Source: Guillardia theta CCMP2712
Taxonomy: Eukaryota > Protista > Cryptophyta
NCBI RefSeq assembly: GCF_000315625.1
Contig: NW_005434606.1
Location: forward strand, 1-64,000
Length of the DNA stretch: 64,000 bases
Reading direction: 5' to 3'
The notes beneath the pieces are model-generated. The model was not told the DNA's origin, made no database searches, and saw only the letters and a list, made by a program, of their open reading frames with translations. The position numbers and the translations under genes are program-made. Positions within the stretch are counted from its first letter, which is position 1, and each line of letters starts with the position of its first letter. Below, in pieces: positions 25,245 to 38,187 of the stretch.

Positions 25245-27149
25245 GCCCCATAAGCATAGAGAAAAGTGAAAACGTCGGAACTTGGGAACGGTCGTGGCGA
25301 CCGTGCGGCGTCTAAAACTCGACTCGACTCTGCTGCTGTATTTGTATGAACTTGCCAGTTCTTGATTGAGAGTACCGCCACCGTATATTAATGCTTTTAG
25401 ATTCTCTACTGATGTACCAGCCGCACTCAATAGATTTTATAGTTTATCTTTTTATTGAATATTTAGGATGGCTCCGACCAGCTGGTGCGGGGTGGGGTGG
25501 GTGATAGCTTATGGGTGGGGTGGGGGGGCCATACGTTCTTTTTTTCAGGGTATATAGGGGTACAAAAGAGAGGGAAATGGTGGGTGGGAAGCATGGACTC
25601 CAAAGCTGGATACTACTAGAGAAATCACACCACTACCCCTTAGCAAGCTCACCCCACCTTCGTTCTCAATTGTATGCGACCCTCGAACCAGAAGTTGGAG
25701 ATACCCCACCCATTCCTGCAGCTTCTGAGACACTACCCTCTTTCAGATGCCTCCTTTTTTCATGCACCCTTCCATTTCCCCACTTACAACCCACCTCTTT
25801 TAGGTGAAATGGACATCATGGCTCACAGGTACCCAGCAATTGAAGAGATGTATGCGAGACTACCCCTACATGGGGGCCAGACATTAGAGAAACTTTATCC
25901 GTGTGATCCACATTACTATAAAATACCACCCTACCAAGAGGCTTTTCTGTGAACACCTACCCCTTTCATCAATCCACCCACCCTCTTCAAACGAAATAAG
26001 TGTACCCCTACCCACCAGTTGTATTTCACTTTCAGCCTATGACCGCTGATGCACAAGCCTTGACTTTTCTTCAGAAATCAAGGCCGATATTATGCTGTAC
26101 CCTATGGGCTGTCCACCCCTCAACCACGGAGCCAACACGGAGCCAACATGCACCCCCATATATTCATCCTCATGCATGACCCGGTGGGTATCATCGCCAC
26201 CCCCCCCAACATTTTCACGATGAGTAGAACACCACGGGTTCTCGATCTGCGAAAAACATAGGGGGTGGGTAGGTCATTGATAGTGACCCGGTGGTGGCTC
26301 CTACCCCTCAATTTGGATGCTTCACATGAATCTATAGGGAAGGGGGTCACAATAGAGATTTTATTTATCCATACCATAGAGAGATCTTGTGCGAGTGCTA
26401 ACCCTACCCCACTGTTTCAAACTGTACCCCACCCTATTCTCTGACATATCTCTTACACCTACCCCGACCTCTGTACCCTACTATCCCAGACTTGGTCCCC
26501 CCCTCTAAAACTGGCCTCTACTACTTCCCAAACATTCCCAGTCACCCATACTACCCTACCCTGCCTCGAAAACAATGACCACCCAAAGAGGAGGAGAAAA
26601 TGTTAGCACCCATCCACAGACTCACCCCTACCACTTTCTTTCAAGACTTTTCGCGGGAAAATTATAGGGTCCAACAATAACCCCGCCATTGATTCTAATC
26701 ACCCTACCCTGGTGTCGGAACAAAAGGTTCTCTTCTACCCCCATGTTTTATCATCCTGCACCCCCTCAGAAATGTTACTCCACCCGAGTTTTCGAGGCCT
26801 TCACCACCCGTCCCAAAAACCACCCTCACGACTCAAACACCATCCTTTCATCGCCCACCCCACCACACAATTTCCCTGGTGTACCACCACTGCTACCCAC
26901 CCTCTCCATCCTTCTCCACCCCCTAGTCCTCGTCCTGGTCTCCCTGCCCCCTGCCCGCTCCCCCCACTCCTCGGTCCTCCCCCTCCTCCCTTGTCTACTC
27001 CCCGCCCACTCTTCCTCCCTCCCTCCCTCCCTCTTGTTCTTGTCTCCATCTCACCTCCCGTGATCTCCTTCTATTCAGTTGGGGTGGTTCTCGATGGGAT
27101 TCTCGATGTGTAATCAGACATAGGATTGGTGAGAAAGTGGGCTGAAAAT

Positions 27150-30100
27150 GTAATCAAACCGCGTTACTCTCTCCTGTTGGTATCGCTAGCGAGGCTGGAC
27201 GGCTATCCTTCATGCCGGACAATGTTGTGCACTTGCGACTGCCTTCTTTTGCTGATTTTCTCTTGGACCTGGCTGGAAGGATCCAATTGTAATTTGCACG
27301 CCACCCGACTCCCTTTGAACAACTTTTGTGATAATCTGACTAGAGCTAGAAAGGGTTTCGACAGTAGATAAGATCCCACGTATTTCACTTGTCTAGCCCT
27401 CTCAGGAACATTTGGCAGCCATAGACAAAGCTGCAATAGATTCATTATAGGATGTGTGTTTTTGTCTCGTGCCGCGAGGGAACACCACTGAAAGCAGGGT
27501 TCCATTGAACTGCAAACCTGACATTTCAACTTGCAGAAAATGGAGCCTTGATATGGCAGCACAATGAGTTATATCAGCTCTCACACCAAGTGAATCACCG
27601 CAGTGGATTAATTTTCACAAACACACTTGGGTTTGATTGTCGGGATGTCGACGATCCACAATACGAATCTTCGCACACCCAGTCCAAACCATGGACAACA
27701 GGTTTGTGACATCTCTTCATACCTGCTTCCTTGATTCTCCTGCAGATCGTACGCGGCCAAGAGCGCAAAGGCCCCAGTTCTTCACCAGTGGTGAGTGTGA
27801 TGGGTGATGAATAATTCTTCTAACAGATCGTGTCAGGTCAATGCAAGAGCGTCTACTGGGTCGCTGATCAAACCTCAAACGAGTCGTCTCACTCCCCGAG
27901 ATTCCGATGGTTCTCAGGTATGGCTCTTAATCGTTCTGCAGAGCAGCGTTGGTGGTGAGTTGACCTACCTGGGCAGGGATTGGCTGCCTTCAAGCCAAGT
28001 TCCAACTTGAAGGTAATTGTTGATGCTAAAGACGAAGGAGATGTTGTTGTGAAGCGATCATTCACAGTCGAACAACCGAAGCCCAGTCCCTCCATCTATG
28101 TCACACCTGAAGCGGTACTTTCAATGGAATGCATATGCTCGCACTGAATTTTATGAAGCTCTCCAAACAACTTTCAGTCTACCATGAGTGATAAGAATGT
28201 CACGATAAAGCCAAATCCAAAAAGAGCTGTTCTCGCACAGGTTTACCCTGCGAGCTTAATCACCTTCTGTAACCAGTTTTTATCTAGGGGTCTGTCACTT
28301 CCATTCGGCAAGTTGGGTTTGCATCAGGTAACTCTGATTTGAAATGAGCCTCTGTAGATTTCTGAAATCTGACTCGCAATATAAAGCTGGAATGAATGCT
28401 GCAACGGGAACACCAAGGTCACAGTTTCAATCCAGCGAAGTCTCCTGTACTCCACGAGGTTTTCCCTTGGTTGGGAAAGTATCTGTGCTTAATTCCCGAA
28501 TGTGTAGGTCAAGGAGCGTTACACAATCCCAGCGTAGTGGTGAATCGGTACTTCGATGGCTCTCAGAAGGTTTAGATTCCCATAATTCGCTGCACCTTTG
28601 ATAAGCTGCCTTGCAGGTGGCGCTTGCCCCGGGGACTCTCATGAACAAATCCAACTCTGTCGCCGCCAACTCCATGGACGAACCGCATGACCAAGCCAGT
28701 GGAAGGTGCGAATGCTCGGTGAAGATAAACTCTCGGAGCCTAAGCCCTACGTCAGGCGAGTGTTAGGATTTGCACGAGACAATCAGAGGAAATCCGTTTC
28801 TGGATCACCGGTTTACGGCGTACAGGTTGACCATTGCTCTACTTCTTTGTTCCGGGTTATGATCAAAATCTCAGAACGCTGCTGCTTCTTCGCTGGATTC
28901 GGCAAGAAGCTTTAAAGGTAAATTTTGATTGAATGTCTTCCAGATTATTTCATTTCTTATTGAAATGCTGAAAAAAACACTTGCAGGGGTTCAATGGCTG
29001 CCTGTCCAGGATCAGAAAAGCAATATACAGGTTAGGACCTTTGTATGATATGGAAAACGATCGTTTCTGACACCATTTCCCTTTTATTTTTGTTTCATTT
29101 TTAACAGAGCTCCATTCTGTTGTTGCAGCAGAGCCAGCTGTTTCAGAGTGATCCAGTACTCAGAGATCTTTTACGAATGATAGTCAGTCGTATCAATACA
29201 AGTCACCAACAGCAAAGACAGAAACAGCAAAATGAAAGGGTTATTGTTACGTCCGACAGTGCTACACAGGTTATACACGTGCTTGTTAACGTTCTCCAAG
29301 CTCACAGTCTTTCAGGTACAGACGGTTGAGGCTTTCACGCAGACGGAGGCTGCAGAATTCCAGGAACGAAGATTGAAGGCGAACAAGTTGAAGAATAGAA
29401 GATTGGATGGGCAGGGCTGTTCATTGAGTGATTCTGACGTTCCTTCGGATGCAAACGATGATGCACGGTCAGCCAGTCATAGAAGGAGGAATTCTCTCGA
29501 CGACATCTCGTTGTCAACCAACAGCCCCAGAGAGTCTTGCGATGGATACTCGAGGGACCTATCTGATGCCTCGGGACCCATTTCTGTTTCAAGCATGGTC
29601 CAAATGAGTATTGCCAGCAGTACAGACGCGTCGCAGACAAATACGCTTGCTCATGATCAAACCAGCATGACTTATTCTAAGGATTTCTATGACGAGCACG
29701 CCGATCACAGGGGGGCACACATGGACGAGTGTCTGCATGGTCATGACCATCATACATTGGACTGCATCTCAATCGATGAGACGATCAATTCTTTTGAAGC
29801 TGTGGATCTGAACAAGACCAAGTCACCAGTGGGTACGGATCTGCTTGCTGATGCGGATGGATGTGAATTCGAAATTGAAAACTCTGTTTACGGTTCGAAT
29901 GAGTCGCCGACGGAGACTGCGGCGACAGAAAAGAGAGCCAACTCCCCTCCGCCTTCTATCGAGACTCTGATGGAGTTACAAAAGATTCTGGACGATCACT
30001 ACAAGAAACTTTGGCAAAGTGGGTCTTACGCTGGCAACAGTCTCTACAGGCAAGGAACTCCGATCCGATTTGACGGAATCAACAGCCCTGCAACAGCGGA

Positions 30101-30509
30101 GATGCTCCGACTCACCATGGAATCTCAAGGACAGTCGCTCGACGAGTTGCGTCAGACTCCTGAGCGACCTCCTAACCCAGATCCAACGAAGTGGAGTCCC
30201 AATGCATGCTTCAATGCGGAAGTTCCTGGATCAATTCGAATGGGAAACAGTCCACCAAAGCACAATGTTCAGATGCCTTTGAGACAGCTTCGGCATGTCC
30301 CGGTGCCTTCTCTGAAGATCTCTGCTGCAATCTCACGCTCGGAGCAAGCTCCGGTATTCTTACAACCTTCCCTGCGAATTACTTTATCTTTCGACTTTCG
30401 TTCCCTCATCCTTCATTTGTGTACTCCTCTCGATTTGACAATGATTATCAATAGGTTGAAAGCCCTCTCTCTACCCCTCGATCCGGGTCTGCCTTTCTTG
30501 CTCATGTGA
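27150..30509 (+). CDS. Multi-exon hypothetical protein with a Ser/Asp-rich disordered C-terminal region
   Basis: 425-aa ORF 29232-30509, preceded by many short GT-AG-bounded segments on +. No domain recognised; boundaries approximate. Confidence 0.45.
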
Positions 30510-32328
30510 ACTCGGCTCGCTCCTCGACAAACTCGGCCTCCGAATGACAACTGCGGCTCAAAATGCGTCACTATGTTTTTTGAACAGGGTCGTGAATGTT
30601 TCCCCGCCCGCCTGGTGTGTCAGCTTGAGCGTGTGTGGCATATTCGTTCAACAATTTGTTCTAATTATGTGTGTCGTGGAAACGATGATTAGCTCCCCAG
30701 TTTCTATGTGATTATGGTTAAACTTGAAGCATACAAGGATGGTCTGAGTCGGTGCAGTGCTGTTACTCAGTACTTTGGATTCGGAAGTTCCGGGCCGCCG
30801 CCCTGACTGGTTCGAAGCCGTTGGGTTACTCGGTGGCAGTGTTAGTGATCTTTCGGTTCGCCGCCGGTCCGGCGGGCCAAACCGCATTCGACCGGCGGCG
30901 TGAAGCCTCAGAACGGTTACATTGATTATCGGATTAAATAACGGTGCATCGATGTTTGACCTTTCAATCGCAGGAACGGACGCATCTGTCCGACTACCCC
31001 TAGCAAGCGGCATTCGGCCATGGGACCGTAGGTGGTTCCACAAGGGTACTCGCCGTCAGTGCCTCGGGAAGGGAGTCGAGGGCAGGAGTGGGGCTGAATG
31101 CAGTAGTTTTGGGTGGGGTGGGGTGGGGTAGGACAGATTGGGGTGGGTAGGGTAGGGTAGGGTAGGGTAGGGTGGGGCGGACTGATGTGGTGTGGGGTCG
31201 GATTCTCCGAAAAAACAATTTTTGGGCCGCATGGAGAAAAGTTAACTTTCAACATATAGATACCCTGAAAGTTAATCTAGTCCTTGAAAGTGAATACGTC
31301 TTGAAACTTTTGGTAAAACGATTTTAGAGAAGTGTGCCTAACGGTCGCAACGCTTTGTAACGACCAACGGTAACGCAAACTTACAAACCATCCCTACCCC
31401 CCTTTTAAGTACAAGAGAAAAGAACCGACCCCTCAACTTAGGACTACCCTTGATTATCCTCTTTGTCTGACTGAAAGTGGCCTTTTACTACCCCTCCAAT
31501 TCCACGACTTGGCTATAGAGGGATCGGGGGATCAGGTACCCACCCCAGAGATGTGCGTTGGTATTTTTCAAAGTTCACACATACCCCACCCATCCTATAG
31601 AAAAAGTAACCCCACCACCATTATCCGGTCAAAGCACCGGTTCATTTGTACGGTGTGGGATGACCCCCACCCCCAAACACCTTCTTAAAGCAAACTCCGT
31701 TCGTTTTCTCAAAGTGGGACGTTGGAAGCACGTAGATGGTCATGAGGGAGGGAAGGGAAACAAGGAGATGGAGAGTGTTGGAAGACAAGGATAGCAAGGA
31801 TTGCGATAGCAGACAAGAAGACCGAAACAATTAACCACAGAAAGAGAAATAAACACAGACAACGTCATCAGCAGAAAGTCTCTCCTGTAGTAGTCAGACG
31901 ATCAGACCTAGGGACAACAATGCAAGAAGACATGTTGCAGAGAAGACAGTGTCCAAAGAAATCGAAAAAAATATCAGAGGAGGAAGAAGTTTGCGGTAAT
32001 GGTCAAGTAATAGAATGTATCAAAACCAGCTCGTGGCAGAGGGAAGTCAAGAAGGGATAAGCAGCGTGCACTGTCTTGGGCAAAGATGACTTAGAGGTGA
32101 CAAAAAAAAGTACAAAGCAATCGACAATGATAGAGAGTTGTGCTACTGAGAGTGATTAGCAGAGAAACTTGCTCATGTTTGAAAAAGATAAACAGTGTGA
32201 GCATTTTCTGATTGTTGTCCGCAGAGTCGCTTCGCGCATTAGCAACTTGGTGCAGGATCTGAATGAGAATGCAATTCTAAGTGGACACAAAACCTCAAGA
32301 ATCAAGAAAACTTGTTTCGTCATCGAAA

Positions 32329-33894
32329 ATGTACTCCGATGACATGTTTGCTCTTGCTCCCAAACCAGCAAGTTCTTCGAAACGAAACAGATCAGGAAAC
32401 GAAGTCGCTACCACCTTGCAGGGAGGGTCGTCGAGCATTGACATATCATGCTCAAATCACGAATCGAAGATGTTGAGTTCCTTCCATGTCATGCTCAAGG
32501 AGAATTTCCTGTGCGACATGAAGGTCACGATAGGAAGAGCCAAGGTCCCTGCGCACTCCATCGTGCTTGCTAGCTGCAGCTGCTTCTTCAAGAACAAGAT
32601 CGCCAAGGGGTCGCGAACCGTCAGCCTCGACCCCAACGACCTCAGCGTGCAGGACTTCAGAACCCTTCTTGACTGCATCTACAAGGGCAAGATGTCTCTC
32701 ATGGAGGAAGCGATCCCCAAGTTCATCCAGATCACCGAGAAGCTCGAGCTCGAGAACATCCGGGCCGCGTGCGTCATGAAGCTCGTATCCCGGATCAACG
32801 AGGGCAACATGGAGCGGATGCTTGTCACCGGCAACGACATCAAGTGTAAGGAGATCATCGACGCTGCCAAAGCTGCCATGCTCAAGGCGAAGTCAGCTCA
32901 GGTCAGCGAGCAGGCCTCGAGCGTGTCCAAGAGCATCAAGTGCCCATGGACGAAGGAGGAGGATGACCGTGTGGCCGACCTTGTCGCTCGTTTCGGCGTC
33001 AAGTCATGGTCCGCACTCGCCACCTACATGCCTGGGAGGACGGGGAAGCAGATCAGAGAGCGATGGCACAACCACCTGGACCCCAACGTGAGGAAGGAGC
33101 GCTGGACACCTCAGGAGGACGCAGCGATCATAGAGGCACATGCGCATCTGGACAACAAGTGGGCGGAGATTGCCAAGCTGTTGCCGGGAAGGACGGACAA
33201 CGCAATCAAAAACAGGTGGAACTCAACGCTGAGGAGGGTGGTGGAGCATGGCGCTGTCATCAGCTACGACTCTGAGAGCCGGCAGAGCGACGAGCTGGAC
33301 AACAGCTCAGACACTGCGAACAAGAAGCGGAAAGTTTTGACACACCAGGAGCAGTCGAAAGGCAACGAGGACAAGCCAGTTGGAGAAGGAGCGAGGACGC
33401 GGGAAGGGACGGATCGACGAGCTGAAGAGGAGCTGGGGCGTAGCTGCTTCGATGTCGACGAGATGTCGGAAGAGACGGAGGAGGATGTGAACTTCACTCA
33501 TGATCTGCACGAAGAGGAGCTCGGGAGGAACGAGGCTGACGTACTGCAGTTCGAGGAGGAGGAGGAGTCCAAGAGAGCAGCTACCTCTAAGCTGTGGACG
33601 CGAAGACCGCCCATCAGCATCCAGACAGAACGAGAGGAGCTGGCGACCTGGCCATCCAACTTTTCTCCCTCCGTTGCCCTTGAAGAACTTTTCTGCCTCT
33701 CCTCCAACGTGACATGCGTCGGTGGAGGGACAACCTCGCCTGGACTGGGGGTTTGTGACGTTTTCTCCTCCCTCGGGGCTAGCAAGGGCGACAAACCCCT
33801 GGAGAGCCTCGAGGAGGATGGGGACAGACAGGGCAGGGAAGTCTCTGCTCCCTCCTCATCGGTAGCTTCGCCCCCCAAAACCCTCAAAGTTTGA
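32329..33894 (+). CDS. BTB/POZ + R2R3-MYB transcription factor
   Basis: BTB: [27 protein letters not shown]...[14 protein letters not shown] repeats: [10 protein letters not shown]...[17 protein letters not shown] and [10 protein letters not shown]...[23 protein letters not shown]. Confidence 0.92.
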   Translation: MYSDDMFALAPKPASSSKRNRSGNEVATTLQGGSSSIDISCSNHESKMLSSFHVMLKENFLCDMKVTIGRAKVPAHSIVLASCSCFFKNKIAKGSRTVSLDPNDLSVQDFRTLLDCIYKGKMSLMEEAIPKFIQITEKLELENIRAACVMKLVSRINEGNMERMLVTGNDIKCKEIIDAAKAAMLKAKSAQVSEQASSVSKSIKCPWTKEEDDRVADLVARFGVKSWSALATYMPGRTGKQIRERWHNHLDPNVRKERWTPQEDAAIIEAHAHLDNKWAEIAKLLPGRTDNAIKNRWNSTLRRVVEHGAVISYDSESRQSDELDNSSDTANKKRKVLTHQEQSKGNEDKPVGEGARTREGTDRRAEEELGRSCFDVDEMSEETEEDVNFTHDLHEEELGRNEADVLQFEEEEESKRAATSKLWTRRPPISIQTEREELATWPSNFSPSVALEELFCLSSNVTCVGGGTTSPGLGVCDVFSSLGASKGDKPLESLEEDGDRQGREVSAPSSSVASPPKTLKV

Positions 33895-34283
33895 TTTTGA
33901 CCTCATCTTTTAGCAACCTCCCTCTTCACTTCACTGACTTGATCTCTAGTCCAAGTTTTTGCCAAGTTCTCTTCGTGTAATCCTGTTAAGTTAACTTTAA
34001 AGTGTTCTACTAGTGAAAGTTGATCAACTCTTCCCGGATATCCACCGCCCTGTGAACTTTCCGGGGCCGTACGGCCTCGGAGCCTCGGAGTACCGTACGG
34101 AAAGTTCTGAACTTTTCCCGGCCCGCCGCCGGAGGCCGCTCCCAGGTCTGAGTCTACAACCCGGCGTACTGCGGCTAACCGTACGGTACCAGCCGCTGAG
34201 CGCCGGCCGCCGTGTCGCAGGCCGTGTCGGTGGCGAAAGGGTATGAGGGAGATGCCATCACTTCGGGGAGACCTGAGGCGACT

Positions 34284-35695
34284 ATGGCGACGGGTGCACG
34301 AGTGATGCTGTTCATATGGGGAGTGGCGGAGACGTCGACCGCGTTCATGCCCTTGGCTCCTTGTCCCTTCCTGTCCGCATGCTCGACCGCAAGCAGCTCG
34401 TTGTCTGCGAGAGGATCAGACTGCAGGAGGGCCGCGAGAGCATTACTCATGGCCGAGGGAGCTGGACGAGACTGGCATATGAAGGGGGAACCAGATGACG
34501 CTGAGGCAAGGAGCGATCGAATGCTCAAGATGTCGCTGATGCTGGCGAGGATAGGTAAGGGGACAGCAAGAGTCGGCGGTGTGTGACGATGTAGCAGGGG
34601 GGGACCTTGAGGCGCTGGGAAGGGGAGGATGCGACATCGATATAGACAGGGTTGAGAGAGAGATAACGTCCTTGTATGCTATCACGAGCAGCAGGAAAGA
34701 GAAAGACGTCGCATCTCAAGTATCCAGGTTGAGCCCTTCGTTGAGGGATGAGCTCGGTCAAGGAGCTGCCAAGTTGCACCTTGGTTGTGGGAGGAACGTC
34801 ATGCCGGGATGGATCAACGTCGATCTCTACGGGTGGCGCTTGCGTGATGCACTGCAAAAGACGACAGCTGAGAACACCAACTCTGACAGCGTGATCTCCC
34901 TGAACCTCGCTACCACTCCTCTCCCTCTTGACGATGGAACCTGTCAATGCATCTACACAAGTCACATGCTCGAACATCTTTCGCACCCGGTAGAAACGAG
35001 GTCATCCCAGCAGCATTACCATGTCTTGTCCTGACTTATCTCCGCAGCATCTTCATGGAGGAGGTGTTCCGAGTGCTGGCTCCTGGAGGCGTCCTGCGAG
35101 TGGTCGTTCCCGATGCTCAAAAGTGGCTCAAGTCGTACACGAGTCGAGATGAGAACTTCCTAGTCTCCGCACGGCAGCATTGGAACCACTGGGACTGGAG
35201 GACGTTTGAAGAGCAACAGAGCTGGCTGGACCTCCTCCTTCCCTACCTCGGTGCTTCCTCCCTCAAAGGAGCTTTGACCGGGTCCCATCAGTTTGGCTTT
35301 GATGAATCCTCTCTACGAGCGCTCCTTGTAGCTTCGGCATCTCGTAGTTTGCTCGCTCCTTGACGGTGGCTGGCAGGAGCGGTCAGGCTTTCCTCGGGAC
35401 AGCATCGAGCGCTCTTCCTTCCAGAGGAGCCGGCACTCTCTGCTGAGGGTCGATGACCGGAGCCACGCAGCTGGGGCCACCTTCGATGGGGAGGAGAGGT
35501 CTGTGCCAGAGAGCAAGTGTGAAGGAGAAGTGTTGACCTTTGATGCCTGTCCTCAGCGACGATACTTACTTCAGCCTGTTCATGGAAGCTCGCAAGCCCG
35601 AGGTATCCGCCGCGAGCCCAGCAGCTTTCCAGGTGTGTGGAGTGAAGGAAGAGGAAAGGTGCACCCTCACTGACTTGGGCTTGAATGGCTCTTAG
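34284..35695 (+). CDS. Class I SAM-dependent methyltransferase with putative bipartite plastid-targeting leader
   Basis: KLHLGCGRNVMPGWINVD (motif I), SHMLEHL and EVFRVLAPGGVLRVVVPD. Exon 1 MATGARVMLFIWGVAETSTA-FMP joins in frame via intron 34555-34597. The 3' end is approximate. Confidence 0.8.
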
Positions 35696-37289
35696 CAAAG
35701 AGACAACGCGCTGCAGAAGTTTGTCAAGACGTTGCTGGGAACTCGTTGACCGTCGCTCTCGCCCTCAGTACCCGGTACGGTGCCGCCGCGTGGCAGTGTG
35801 CCGCACTACTACTGTACGCCGTGACGCCGTATCGGACGGTGATTTAACCCGGATAATGATCCGATGATCATCCCCCGCTCGCCGAGCCTGATCGAGTCAT
35901 CGGATCATCGCATGGACTCGGGACTCTCAGCTGAGCGGCCCGGCGGCCCGGCGCCGGGCGCGGCCCTCTGAGCCTGAATCACTGATCGGAATTCCGACCG
36001 AAGTTCTGCAAGTTGTAACCAGGAAACCGGTGGATCCAGAATCAAAGGATTTTAAATTGACCCGTCTTGTATCCCAATACTACCCCTCTCTTCCCCGAAG
36101 GGGTGGGTACACCCAGAGCTCCGATTTCATTTCTATTTTCGGTACCCCTACCTACCTTACCTTGATAACACCCTACCAATCCACATTGGACCCCTGTCAC
36201 ATATTGGAAATTGCAGGCTACGACGGCTGTTCAATGGACCCCCTACCCACCCATTAATTCATGTACCCCCTTTCTTCAGCCTTCCGATTCTCCATCATTC
36301 AGCTTGCTTCTCACCGCCCCTTCATCCCCATTGCATTCCATGTTTAGACCCCACCCCCCAATTTAGGACCCCAATGTAAAAGTACCCCTCAATTATTGTT
36401 TCACTACCCCTTTTCTTATGTATACGTGTACTTCAATGATCTGACCCACCCTTCACATCTACCCCCACCCCCACTGGATGAGGTCTACCCCTCTGCGGCG
36501 GGAGAGCCAAAGGACAGACGTCATGGTTTACCAGGTGATGGCAGCGAGCGGGAGGAGGAGAAAGGAGAGGATGGAGGAGCACGTGAATGATGGTTACATC
36601 GAAGAAGCATGCATGGATGGAAGTAGAAGAGTGGGGCAGCTGAGGAGGGAGAGAGACGAGGACAGGCTACAGGGAACTGGCAAACACAATCGGGTGTAAA
36701 GTCTAGGGAAAGAGAGGGGAAAGAATAGCTGAATAGGACGAGAGAAGACAGGCAGTTGACCTGGAACAGGCGACTAAAGTTGTTGATCGAGAAGATGCTA
36801 CTAAGAGACGGGGATAGAGCGTTGTGAGGTGAGGCAGCGTGCCGATTGGAAATGTAGCTGGTGGAGGGGGGCGCTGAACAGGAACAGAATGATAGGATAA
36901 GGCACGAGGAGGAGCGATGGAAACCTTGGATGAAGACAGAGAGATATGGCAGGGATATCAAGATGAGATCGTAGAAAGCTAAAAACTATCTTCACGAGCA
37001 GCACGAGATAGAGCACACGCTGTTTGTGGACTGTTTCTTTTTGTTCAACAAGTGTTAGAGAAGCTGTTTACAAGGACGACATGTGTGATGATGCGAGAGA
37101 TATGATGATTCGCAAAGATAAGGGAGGCATGATTTAGTTCACCAGCCACTATGAGAGTTGTAGCGCAAGGTTTGAGATCATGTATGGGCAGAGGATGTGC
37201 AGGGATCAGAAGTCAAGGCGATGAAGTGACGGTTAATTCTTAATTTCTTAGTTTATGCGTATCTTTCAGTCAGTTTCTACCTCCTCTTA

Positions 37290-37953
37290 CCCTCACACTA
37301 ACTCTCTCTGTTCAGCGTGATACTCGTCAGCCAACCACCAAGCTCTGGGCAGATGGCATGAGCGCGGCTCAAGCTCGCAAGGCTCTCTTCGGTCAGTACA
37401 GCTGTACAACACCACGATTATGAATGGGTGGAAACAAAGTGTTGACCTTGTCCAAACATTGTCACTGTCAGCACGCAGCTGGATGTCTTTCTTGTCTTGC
37501 TTGCCCATGTGTTTCTGTTGCTCTGTCGTCTCCTCGAGTTCTCGTTTGCCTGTCTTGTTACCTTCTCTCGTAGTTGTTCTTGCCACTGACTGCCAACAGG
37601 AAACAACTCCATGATGAGCGGCAGCTCCAGAGACAGCCTCGGTGAGTTGCGCAGGGCATGATGCTAGATGTCTCTCTCCCTTCTATCTCCTCCTCCCTGC
37701 CTCCCTCGAGCTGCCCCCTCTTGTTTCTCTTCGTTCTCCACTTTTCGCGTTCCTACATCACAATAGTATCCTTTTCTTAGGATTGTCTTGTGTGGCTGGT
37801 TCACCTTTCTCCCCTCAATGTGTTCATCCTCCTCCCTCCCTCCAGTCAACCTCCTCCTCCATCTTCGCTGTCCTCACCTTCACCGTAGGCCTCGGAGGGA
37901 AGAGCGCTATCTCCAAGTACATGAAGTTGGCCAACCCCGGAATGTTCCACTAG
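37290..37953 (+). CDS. Small spliced hypothetical protein
   Basis: Exon-like segments TKLWADGMSAAQARKALFG and GGKSAISKYMKLANPGMFH*; the model is not resolved. Confidence 0.25.
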
Positions 37954-38000
37954 GCAGCAGGATGCCAAGTCGATAAGAGAGTGCGGGGTAGATGAGTTTT

Positions 38001-38127
38001 CCTCTTATCACAGTGCGATTGAACGGGACATGTCATGTTGATCTCGTTCATTGCTTCGCTATACCTCTTATCACAGTGCGATTTGAACGGGACATGTCAT
38101 GTTGATATCGTTCATTGCTTCGCTATA
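38001..38127. repeat. Two-copy ~63-bp direct repeat downstream of ORC4
   Basis: CCTCTTATCACAGTGCGATT(T)GAACGGGACATGTCATGTTGAT(C/A)TCGTTCATTGCTTCGCTATA at 38001 and 38064. Confidence 0.9.
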
Positions 38128-38187
38128 TCACATCTTTCACCTCCCCGTGTGTTATCTGCATGTGGGTATGTCGTATCAGCATCTCCT

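Noticed and set aside
30735-31110. RNase P/MRP RNA or tRNA gene
   Set aside because: Partial matches (GGATGGTCTGAG, GGAAGTTCCGGG, GGGGCTGA, GGTTCGAAGCC) do not give a consistent P4/P1 pairing or a cloverleaf. Kept only as a weak ncRNA candidate.
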